Assembly (NCBI GenBank): GCA_022842085.1
Contig: JALHQF010000006.1
Span: 1-24,000 of the forward strand
DNA: 24,000 nt
Reading direction: 5' to 3'
Source of the DNA: Patescibacteria group bacterium
GTDB taxonomy: Bacteria > Patescibacteriota > UBA1384 > CAILIB01
Positions 15,360 through 21,960 of the stretch are shown here, piece by piece (within the stretch, counting starts at the first letter, position 1; the number at the start of each line of letters is the position of its first letter). The position numbers and the translations under genes were made by a program. The notes beneath the pieces were generated by a model. The model was not told the DNA's origin and searched no databases. It saw only the letters and a program-made list of their open reading frames with translations.

Positions 15360-15721
15360 TACGCGGCCGCCTTGGCGATAACGAGCTCGTCGCCTTTTCC
15401 AGACCGAATGATCTGAACCTCGTACTCACCGCACCTGTACGGCGTGGTGGTGATGTAGCGAGCGCCTTGCTCGAAGGCCGTAGCCGTTTGCTCATCCCTG
15501 GGCAACGTAATCTGGGGAGGGAGGCCGGGGTGTGACACGATGATCACGTAGTGATCATCGGTTCGCCGAATTTTGGCGCCAACCGCGTTGCTTTGGCGGC
15601 CTTGCTGTAAAGAGAAGGTTCCATCCTCGCCACGTTCGAACTGGCTTCTGAGCGTGCTAGGAGAGAAGTTTTCGATGAAGAAGGCGGTTCCCGCCAGTCT
15701 GGATTGTAAGGTTCCTTGCAT
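15359..15721 (-). CDS. hypothetical protein (about 120 aa), upstream member of a coupled pair
   Basis: The track ORF 15359-15967 overlaps rnhB at its 5' end. I trimmed it to the ATG at 15721 (MQGTLQSRLAGTAFFIENF...), with the ATG at 15769 as an alternative. Codon usage looks coding-like and the sequence looks beta-rich. No family recognised. Confidence 0.5.
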   Translation of the reverse strand: MQGTLQSRLAGTAFFIENFSPSTLRSQFERGEDGTFSLQQGRQSNAVGAKIRRTDDHYVIIVSHPGLPPQITLPRDEQTATAFEQGARYITTTPYRCGEYEVQIIRSGKGDELVIAKAAA

Positions 15722-15793
15722 AGCTTTTTTTGTGTCCCTCCATAAGGGGGAGCCCAACGTTGATAGCATACCTTGGGCTGCTAGGCTAGAGAC

Positions 15794-16339
15794 ATGGTTG
15801 GTATTGATGAAGTAGGACGCGGAGCGCTGGCCGGATTCGTGGTTGTGGGGGCTGTGGTGCTTTCTGGTCAACCGCTCCCTCCTGGTCTTGTGCTGCGCGA
15901 CAGTAAGCGGGCCACGAAGCGGATGCGTGAAGCTGTGGCTTCGTACGTACAGCGCGAGCTTCCACACGTCGTAGGTATCGCTTCGCCGGCCGAAATTGAT
16001 GCGCTCGGCATTGTTTCAGCTACGAACCGAGCAGCGGAGCGTGCCCTGGAGCAGCTTGGGGTAGACGAAGCCGTGCTGGCCGATGCGGGATTGGCACCAC
16101 GTGGGTACAGCGTCCAAGCGCGCATCCGGGCCGACAGCACCATTCCAGCCGTAATGCTGGCAGCTAACCTTGCTAAGGTTTGGCGCGACACACACATGGC
16201 AGCACTCTCCTTGCAGCACCCTGGCTATGGGTGGGAGCACAACGTCGGCTATGGCACGAAGCAGCATCGTGAAGCGATTCGGATACATGGCCTTACTGAT
16301 GAGCATCGACGTACGTTCTGCGCTATGCTGCGGCCATGA
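15794..16339 (+). CDS. rnhB: ribonuclease HII
   Basis: MVGIDEVGRGALAGFVVVGAVVL (DEVGRG motif) and the C-terminal GYGTKQHREAI are typical of RNase HII. Confidence 0.95.
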   Translation: MVGIDEVGRGALAGFVVVGAVVLSGQPLPPGLVLRDSKRATKRMREAVASYVQRELPHVVGIASPAEIDALGIVSATNRAAERALEQLGVDEAVLADAGLAPRGYSVQARIRADSTIPAVMLAANLAKVWRDTHMAALSLQHPGYGWEHNVGYGTKQHREAIRIHGLTDEHRRTFCAMLRP

Positions 16340-16569
16340 ACGCACCACTCAAGCCTGGCCTCTACCGACACTATAAGGGCGGAATCTATCGTCTCGTGGC
16401 GGTGGGAAAGCTCGAGGCATCGCAAGAGGCAGTTGCCATTTACCACAGTGCTGCCATTGGCCTCACGAGTGGGCAGGGTGACTGGTGGGTACGCCCGCTC
16501 AGTGAGTTTCGCGAGAAAGTCGAGTACCAAGGTCGCGAAGTGGACCGCTTTTCCTTCGTAAGCGCCTAG
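16336..16569 (+). CDS. DUF1653-family protein (77 aa)
   Basis: GLYRHYKGGIYRLVAVGK...AVAIYHS...WVRPLSEF...V.....RF is the characteristic YRHYKGG-type DUF1653 pattern. There is an ATGA overlap with the rnhB stop. Confidence 0.85.
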   Translation: MNAPLKPGLYRHYKGGIYRLVAVGKLEASQEAVAIYHSAAIGLTSGQGDWWVRPLSEFREKVEYQGREVDRFSFVSA

Positions 16570-16572
16570 AAA

Positions 16573-16598
16573 AACCACCAGCCCGAGGGCTGGTGGTT
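16573..16598 (-). terminator. rho-independent terminator (U-tract on the minus strand)
   Basis: AACCACCAGCC-cgag-GGCTGGTGGTT, an 11-bp stem. The minus-strand version is followed by TTTTTCTAGG. It lies between the convergent stops at 16569 (+) and 16604 (-). Confidence 0.55.
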
Positions 16599-16603
16599 GG
16601 TGG

Positions 16604-16933
16604 TCAGTGTGGGAAGCTCTCGAGGAGCTCCTCACGTATGAGGATGTAGATTCGCCACTTGGTTCCGCGGCTCCCCACCACGAGCGCTTCGATGAGGTTG
16701 CCTGCGCTCATTTGCTCGACAAGCCAGGTGTGCTGCTGGGGGCTCCACCGGGAGAGGCTGTTTGGGCACTTCGTAGCCGGAATGCGCTGACGCGCAGCTG
16801 CCATGAGGTGGTACTCATTGCGGTCGGCTCGGTAGCGAACGAGCGGCAGCTTACCTCCTGAGAATGCTGATTCGAACGAGCCGAATTCAGGCAGCTTCCG
16901 GGTAGGTTCTGCAGCGGCTCGTTGCTTCTCCAT
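16604..16933 (-). CDS. hypothetical protein (109 aa from the ATG at 16933; the track ORF extends to 17002)
   Basis: Hand-counted GC3 is about 72%, against about 62% for the in-register antisense ORF. A terminator with a U-tract lies on this strand. The segment RWSPQQHTWLVEQMSAGNLIEAL is vaguely Myb/SANT- or HTH-like. No family recognised. Confidence 0.45.
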   Translation of the reverse strand: MEKQRAAAEPTRKLPEFGSFESAFSGGKLPLVRYRADRNEYHLMAAARQRIPATKCPNSLSRWSPQQHTWLVEQMSAGNLIEALVVGSRGTKWRIYILIREELLESFPH

Positions 16934-17131
16934 TCGGAAGAAGCAGGGGACATGGTGTCGGGCGCGCCCGCACGGGGCGACTTGGCCGTAGGTTCTGATC
17001 ATGGTTCCATCCTTGGAAGATGGAACGGTTCATCCGTGAGAAGTCAGGTTGTTGCATGTTCCATCCTTGGGCAGCTCTCGCTGCTTGGTAGACATACCAC
17101 ACCCTACCTCTTTCTGCTACCATCCATCTGT

Positions 17132-17481
17132 TCACAACCCGGTAAGGTCGGAGCAAGCGAAAGCTTGAGGAACGTCCGGGCGCGACGAGCGACCGTTGTT
17201 GGTGCAAGCCAACCCAGCGTGAGCTGAGCGATAGGACAACAGAAACTACACCGCCGATGGCCGCAAGGCACAGGTAAGGGCGAACCCGTGCGGTAAGAGC
17301 GCACGCTGCACCTTGGCAACAAGGGCAGGGGCAACCCGAACGGCGCGCAACACGGGCTGGGCCTCGTGCGTCAACGACGCTCGCGGAGACACGAGGATCC
17401 CGTGGCTGAGAGAGATTCCGACCACCTGTACTCCCGTGAGGGACGCAGGCACAGAACCCGGCGTACCAGCCGGGTTGTGAC
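17132..17481 (+). ncRNA. rnpB: RNase P RNA, bacterial type A
   Basis: P1 pairs CACAACCCGG (17133-17142) with CCGGGTTGTG (17470-17479). The conserved P4 strands are GAGGAACGTCCGGGC (17167-17181) and ACAGAACCCGGCGTACC (17451-17467). Also present are CAGGTAAGGGCGAACCCGTGCGGTAAGAGCGCAC (17271-17304) and ACAGAAACTACACCGCCGATGGCC. These match the universal RNase P RNA core. The ends are approximate, within a few nt. Confidence 0.9.
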
Positions 17482-17485
17482 GTTT

Positions 17486-17818
17486 CTAGGGAAGTCGGTA
17501 CTGCTCCAGCGTCTCCCGAGCAATGCCGGAGTGACTACCTCCGCCGCCTTGTGTCCGGAAGGCCTCGGTAGCATCTTTGCCACAGAAGGGGATGATACGA
17601 CTCCTGCCACCAGGGTGCTGGTTGAGGTAGTCCGTTACGTCGTACCGTGCACCGCTAATCGTAAGGATGCAGCGATCAGCCTGGGCACTGCCAGCCTGGG
17701 AAGGCGTTGGGCTACCTGCAACAGGTGGCTCGGGCTCTGGTGAGCTTGTTGTGCGGGTGGCGGCATACGCAAGAGCCACGATCGCGACTACGGTAATGAG
17801 AATGATGGAGGTGCGCAT
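17486..17818 (-). CDS. membrane-anchored cytochrome b5-like heme-binding domain protein
   Basis: 110 aa. An N-terminal TM helix (IILITVVAIVALAYA) and a Pro/Ser/Thr linker precede YDVTDYLNQHPGG...FCGKDATEAF...GSHSGIA...LEQY. That region matches the cyt-b5 pattern, including both putative axial His residues (HPGG and HS). Confidence 0.75.
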   Translation of the reverse strand: MRTSIILITVVAIVALAYAATRTTSSPEPEPPVAGSPTPSQAGSAQADRCILTISGARYDVTDYLNQHPGGRSRIIPFCGKDATEAFRTQGGGGSHSGIARETLEQYRLP

Positions 17819-17871
17819 TGCTTGATCCTAGCAGAGTTTGGCAAGCAGCAACTTCCTGGCAGCATAGGAAA

Positions 17872-18468
17872 ATGCAGCTTAGACAACTCGCTATAGCACT
17901 CCTTCTCGTTACATTCGCTGCACCCTGCATGGCTGTAGTAGAGACCCGCATTTCGGTGAAGGATCACACATTTGTTGTATACGCTACTCCGCAAGGCGCA
18001 ACGTACGCGCAGGTGCGTCGTGATGCACCTTCGGCAGTGCATGTGCTAACAGGTGCATACTTTGTGAATCGAGATACTGGTGATTTTCGGCCAGTTGACT
18101 TTCTCCGAAGTGAAGGGCGCACGCTTGCGCCACACCTGCGGCACCGACGACCAATCCTCGCGTTTCCACGCAGCGGTCCACCGTTTATTACCAAGGATGC
18201 TGCCTGCTTACGCGATCCACGTGCGGTTCCGAATGCGCTTGCTGGCCACGGGTGGGCAACCTACCCAAACTGGCGTCTCGCCCGTCACGCCATTGTCCTA
18301 AAGGACGGCTACCTCATCGACCTTCGCTACAGGTCGCAAACCGCCCAAGGCGTAGTCGATCACATTACGCAAACGTACGGTGCGGTTCCATTCCTCTTCC
18401 TCGATGGAGGTTCAACGCTTGCTCCTGGCGCCAAGGGCGGGAGTTGGATCATCGTTCGCAGAAGGTAA
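17872..18468 (+). CDS. secreted phosphodiester glycosidase-like (NAGPA/DUF2233-like) protein
   Basis: I chose the ATG at 17872 (MQLRQLAIALLLVTFAAPCMA, a signal-peptide-like start preceded by AGGAAA). The body shows the loose DUF2233 pattern: GAYF...P.DFLRSEGR...ARHAIVLKDGYLIDL...GAVPFLFLDGGST. This is a motif-level call only. Confidence 0.5.
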   Translation: MQLRQLAIALLLVTFAAPCMAVVETRISVKDHTFVVYATPQGATYAQVRRDAPSAVHVLTGAYFVNRDTGDFRPVDFLRSEGRTLAPHLRHRRPILAFPRSGPPFITKDAACLRDPRAVPNALAGHGWATYPNWRLARHAIVLKDGYLIDLRYRSQTAQGVVDHITQTYGAVPFLFLDGGSTLAPGAKGGSWIIVRRR

Positions 18469-18536
18469 CACGGCCAGGCCCATCGAGGTCTGGCTTTTCC
18501 CTTCCCAGAGCCAAAACGTCCTGTCATGCTAGCTAC

Positions 18537-19883
18537 ATGCGACGCGTTCTCGTAACCCTTACCACACTCTTCCTCCTTGCGCCTCTGGGGCAGGTGCGAG
18601 GGATGGAGCCAACGTTGTTTGAGCCTGTGCCCATGGATGGACTACCGGCAGAAGTGCTGGATGAAGCTACCTGTCAGCCTATTGAGATCCTAAGCCCACT
18701 TGCAGCCGATGAGTACCTACCAGGTAGCGTCACGTTTGCTTGGGAGCCTGTAAGCAAAGAGTGCCTTGAAGAGCAGGGCATTGAAGAAGCGGTGTACCTT
18801 GTTCAGATCTACAAGATCAAGGCTGATGAGGAAACGATGTACGATGAGTTCAAGTCGTACGGCCCAGCTGAGGATCGTGAGCTTCTTGAGCCCGGGAAGT
18901 ATCGCTGGGTTGTCAGTCTGCTTGCTGGGGAGCCAATGTTCTCGAGCGAGCCTGACCAGGAGCCACGTTTCTACATCATCGACGAGAGTGTGCAGGTTCC
19001 TACCCTTACTTCACCAGTTGGTGGCGCCTGGCTACCTGAGGGTTCTACCCTCCTTACATGGAAAGGCGAACCCACCATCTCTCGTGCAGACGTCTGCACG
19101 TGGAATGTGCGCTATGCAGAGGTTGATGCAACCGAGTGGATGCTCGTAGAGGGCATCAGCGAAACTGAGCTCGAACTCATCCTCGGGGGAGGCGTCTACG
19201 AGTGGCAGGCGCAGTGCGAAACCTACTGGGCGCGTGGCCCATGGGCTGAGCCAGAGCTCTTTGGAATTGATGATATCGCTCCAACGGTTGGTATCGCTGG
19301 TTCAACGCCCCTCACGGTCGCGCTTGGGGCTACGCTCCAGTTTTCCGGCACTGCCCAAGATTTGGAGAGCGGAGTCGCCAGTCTCCGTTTCCGAATCATC
19401 CAGGGGAGCACTGAGGTTCTCGCCTGGACCAATGCCGCATCGCTCGGGGCATTTGCAGGATCAGCTGTTCTGCCAGCCGGTACCTATGAGCTACAGGTAG
19501 AAGCTGTTGATGCAGTTGGCAATACCACCACGGCTACCCGAGCAGTCAATGTGGTGGTTCCAACACCCACGCCCGAGAATGGGGGTATTGGCGGTAATCC
19601 AAATGGTACTACCGTGGTAGTTGCTCAGGTGGCAGCCCAAACTGCGCCAGTACAGGTTGCTGTTTCTGTTCCTGCCCCCGTGCAGCAAGAGGAAGAGGTG
19701 GCGCCTGCTACTCCCAGCCCTAGTCCAACTCCAGGCCAAGGTGAGGTGGCTGGTGCAGCCACTGATGATGGCAATACGGGAAGTACCACCTTCTGGTGGT
19801 GGCTTCTCCTGACGGCAGTTGCGTTCTTCATCATCTGGTTCCTCATTGCGCGTCGTCGCGACGAAGACGAGCAGCAGAAGTAG
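18537..19883 (+). CDS. cell-surface protein with signal peptide, repeated Ig/FN3-like modules and a C-terminal TM anchor
   Basis: I chose the ATG at 18537 (MRRVLVTLTTLFLLAPLGQVRG). The track start at 18252 overlaps the previous gene. Two related modules of about 100 aa are present (..SP....LP.GS..F/L.W....G.Y.W..). An Ig-like module follows (DIAPTV...GTYELQVEAVDAVGNTTTATRAVNVV), then a Pro/Thr/Ala/Val linker, a TM helix (FWWWLLLTAVAFFIIWFLIA) and the tail RRRDEDEQQK. Confidence 0.75.
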   Translation: MRRVLVTLTTLFLLAPLGQVRGMEPTLFEPVPMDGLPAEVLDEATCQPIEILSPLAADEYLPGSVTFAWEPVSKECLEEQGIEEAVYLVQIYKIKADEETMYDEFKSYGPAEDRELLEPGKYRWVVSLLAGEPMFSSEPDQEPRFYIIDESVQVPTLTSPVGGAWLPEGSTLLTWKGEPTISRADVCTWNVRYAEVDATEWMLVEGISETELELILGGGVYEWQAQCETYWARGPWAEPELFGIDDIAPTVGIAGSTPLTVALGATLQFSGTAQDLESGVASLRFRIIQGSTEVLAWTNAASLGAFAGSAVLPAGTYELQVEAVDAVGNTTTATRAVNVVVPTPTPENGGIGGNPNGTTVVVAQVAAQTAPVQVAVSVPAPVQQEEEVAPATPSPSPTPGQGEVAGAATDDGNTGSTTFWWWLLLTAVAFFIIWFLIARRRDEDEQQK

Positions 19884-19897
19884 CCTACCTGCAGAAG

Positions 19898-19921
19898 CGA
19901 GCCGGCCCTAGGGCCGGCTCG
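19898..19921. terminator. terminator hairpin between convergent genes
   Basis: CGAGCCGGCCC-ta-GGGCCGGCTCG is followed by TTTTT on the plus strand (19922-19926). It lies between the stops at 19883 (+) and 19929 (-). Confidence 0.65.
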
Positions 19922-19928
19922 TTTTTCG

Positions 19929-21005
19929 TTAGGCGCAGAGGCGAAGGCCAATGCGGTAGGCGTTATAGGCAGGGTCTTCCGTTACCTCTCTGCTGCCAGG
20001 GGGCAGTGCAAAGGGAACTTCTGGTGCACGTGTGGCATGGCGACTCTCTACTTCGAGGATCCGAGTACCATCCTCGTACGTGTCCAGCGTGACGAGCGGA
20101 TTGCCGGTCAGCTGCTCACGCTCCTTGCGAAAGCTTGGCGTACAGCTCGCAAGGAGCTGTTCCGCCGCTTCGCGCCCAAGGGCTGTAGTGAGCTGACGTC
20201 GCAGTGCGCCACTACCTGTTTTTACAACGAGCTCAGCACTGGTTTCGGTGATTCGCACACGGCTTTGTGGATTGAGGTAGCCTTGGCGTAAGAGCACGGG
20301 TTTCTCGAAGGATGCAGAGGGTCGCTCGGGAAGCACCCATCGTCGCTCGTGTTCAATGTTGAGCCAGTCTTTCACAACTTCGAGCGCTGCTTCAAGTTTT
20401 GCTTCGAGCGTTTCGAAGACAGGCACGAAGGAGATGCGGTTGCCACAGGCCTGTTGCCAGGCTTCGCGAGTACGCCCGCTGAGTGCCAAGGCTTCCTCTA
20501 CTGAGGCTTCGTATCGCAGGACGTTATTGTCCTGCGATAGGCTCCCATGCTCGCTCATGCTCTCTAGGTAGAGGACATGATCGTACATGCTGCCCAGCGC
20601 CTGGAGGTCATACTCGCCGGTTACCAGCTCAAGTGGTAGGTGTCCAGGGAGGTATGCCCGCAGATCTGGTGCGCCCCGATCGGTGATCACGGCGCGCAAG
20701 CTAAGATTTCGTTCTGCGTGCGCGTGAGCGACCAGCTCAAGTGGAAGCTGTACCCCCAGCACCGCGTGCTGAAACGGGGCAATCCAGGTTTCGAAGGTGG
20801 GTGCGCAGGGTGGCAGGTGTGGCAACAGGCAGCTGGCAACTTCTGGCACCGTATGTACCCGCAGGTGCTGTTTGAGGTGCCGGAGCACCGAAGACTTGCC
20901 GCTCTCAGGGCCACCCACGATGGCAATCGTGGGAACGTGACGAGGGGTTTCGAGGTAGGTTTTCAGGAGGTTCATGGTGGGTTCCAAGTTGGGAAGGGCC
21001 AACAC
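19929..21005 (-). CDS. P-loop NTPase/kinase (AAA_28 / NadR-RNK-like) fused to a CYTH (triphosphate tunnel metalloenzyme) domain
   Basis: 358-aa ORF with a GTG start at 21005 (ATG at 20975 is an alternative). The N-half has the Walker A IAIVGGPESGKSSVL, resembling the ILGGESSGKS of the NadR kinase domain. The C-half (about residues 216-345) carries the CYTH hallmarks NIEHERRWVL (ExExK-like), QGYL, VRI, FRKERE and LDTYEDGTRILEVE. Confidence 0.8.
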   Translation of the reverse strand: MLALPNLEPTMNLLKTYLETPRHVPTIAIVGGPESGKSSVLRHLKQHLRVHTVPEVASCLLPHLPPCAPTFETWIAPFQHAVLGVQLPLELVAHAHAERNLSLRAVITDRGAPDLRAYLPGHLPLELVTGEYDLQALGSMYDHVLYLESMSEHGSLSQDNNVLRYEASVEEALALSGRTREAWQQACGNRISFVPVFETLEAKLEAALEVVKDWLNIEHERRWVLPERPSASFEKPVLLRQGYLNPQSRVRITETSAELVVKTGSGALRRQLTTALGREAAEQLLASCTPSFRKEREQLTGNPLVTLDTYEDGTRILEVESRHATRAPEVPFALPPGSREVTEDPAYNAYRIGLRLCA

Positions 21006-21043
21006 TGCTAGCTTGCCCGTGCTGATCTGCCATTGCGATTAAA

Positions 21044-21063
21044 GTCAATTTGAGTCAACTTGA
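21044..21063. promoter_or_regulatory. tandem 10-bp repeat, each unit an interrupted palindrome (operator candidate)
   Basis: GTCAAtTTGA (21044-21053) is directly followed by GTCAAcTTGA (21054-21063). Each contains TCAA-N-TTGA. The repeat ends 4 nt before the ATG at 21068 of the wHTH-Nudix gene, in the divergent intergenic region. Confidence 0.35.
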
Positions 21064-21067
21064 TGTT

Positions 21068-21751
21068 ATGCAATTTCACGACGTGCAGCTTGGTGTACTT
21101 GGCAGCCTTGCAGCAAAGGGTCCCCAGCGATTTGGGCAGCTACGCCCACGTGACATTGAGACGAACCGGTTCTCCTACCACCTCCGCCGACTCCTCGCGC
21201 TTGGCTACCTGCGGCACCGAACCCCTTTCTACGAGCTTACGCCAGACGGCTATCGGTTTGCAGCCGGAATGAGCGAAGAGAGTGGGGCTCTGCGCACACA
21301 GCCGGTGGTTGTTTCTATGCTCCTCTTACGTAGTGAAGACCGAGTCCTCACCTGGAAGCGTAAGCGAGAGCCATTCCTGGGGCGGTATTCGCTACCGCAC
21401 GGCAAGCTCCACCTTGGAGAGTCAGTAGTAGATGGCGCCAAGCGCGAAGCACTTGAAAAGCTTGGCATTGAAGTGCTTGAGCTGAGGCACCTTGGTAACG
21501 GGTACCTTCGTCTCTACGAAGGCAAAGTGATCGTTGCACACCTCTTTATCCACCTCACGGAGGTTGCAAGGTGGCGAGGGGAGCTTCCTGATTCGTGTAC
21601 CTGGCAGGTGCCCGGCGAAGTTACTGAATCTGAAACCTTGCCAGGCTTTTCGGAGATTTGTGCAGCAGCTGAAACTTGGGAGCAAGGGCAGGGATTCTTC
21701 GAGATCTCCATGCACCTACCCGAACGCTGGCGTTCGATCCCTGGAAGGTAG
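21068..21751 (+). CDS. winged-helix DNA-binding domain fused to a Nudix domain (putative ligand-sensing regulator)
   Basis: The N-terminus LGVLGSLAAKGPQRFGQLRP...NRFSYHLRRLLALGYLRH...YELTPDGYRF is a wHTH (MarR/ArsR-like). The Nudix box GKLHLGESVVDGAKREALEKLGI fits GX5EX7REUXEEXGU, except that the second Glu of EE is Lys. I chose the ATG at 21068. The track TTG at 21050 lies inside the repeat. Confidence 0.8.
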   Translation: MQFHDVQLGVLGSLAAKGPQRFGQLRPRDIETNRFSYHLRRLLALGYLRHRTPFYELTPDGYRFAAGMSEESGALRTQPVVVSMLLLRSEDRVLTWKRKREPFLGRYSLPHGKLHLGESVVDGAKREALEKLGIEVLELRHLGNGYLRLYEGKVIVAHLFIHLTEVARWRGELPDSCTWQVPGEVTESETLPGFSEICAAAETWEQGQGFFEISMHLPERWRSIPGR

Positions 21752-21787
21752 ACCTGCAACCTGATTTTCGCTACCGTACGTGAGCGT

Positions 21788-21862
21788 TGGGACGTGGCCA
21801 AATGGTAAGGCGGCGGCCTTTGGAGCCGAAGATTGTAGGTTCGAGTCCTACCGTCCCAGCCA
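21788..21862 (+). tRNA. tRNA-Gln (anticodon UUG), CCA encoded
   Basis: Hand fold: acceptor TGGGACG/CGTCCCA (U1-A72), D arm GCCAAATGGTAAGGC, anticodon stem CGGC/GCCG with loop CTTTGGA (UUG), variable loop AGATT, and T arm GTAGG-TTCGAGT-CCTAC. The discriminator is G, followed by CCA. It closely parallels E. coli tRNA-Gln. Confidence 0.9.
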
Positions 21863-21899
21863 AGAGAAGCAGCAACTGAAAGGTTGCTGCTTCTCTTGG
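21860..21899 (+). terminator. long hairpin immediately after (and including) the tRNA CCA end
   Basis: CCAAGAGAAGCAGCAAC-tgaaag-GTTGCTGCTTCTCTTGG, a perfect 17-bp stem, followed by CTTTAC (weak T-tract). Confidence 0.5.
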
Positions 21900-21960
21900 C
21901 TTTACTCGTGACGAGAACCGGAGGTGATGGCCGTAACTGTCGCAGGTGTATGCTGTGCCT

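Noticed and set aside
17104-17743. ORFs at 17104-17334, 17246-17452, 17366-17743 and 17371-17610.
   Set aside because: They overlap the RNase P RNA gene, and the structured GC-rich RNA explains the open frames.
19700-19883. A sortase (LPXTG) sorting signal at the C-terminus of the surface protein.
   Set aside because: The overall architecture (linker, hydrophobic helix, basic tail) fits. However, there is no LPXTG, LAXTG or NPQTN-type pentapeptide upstream of the helix.
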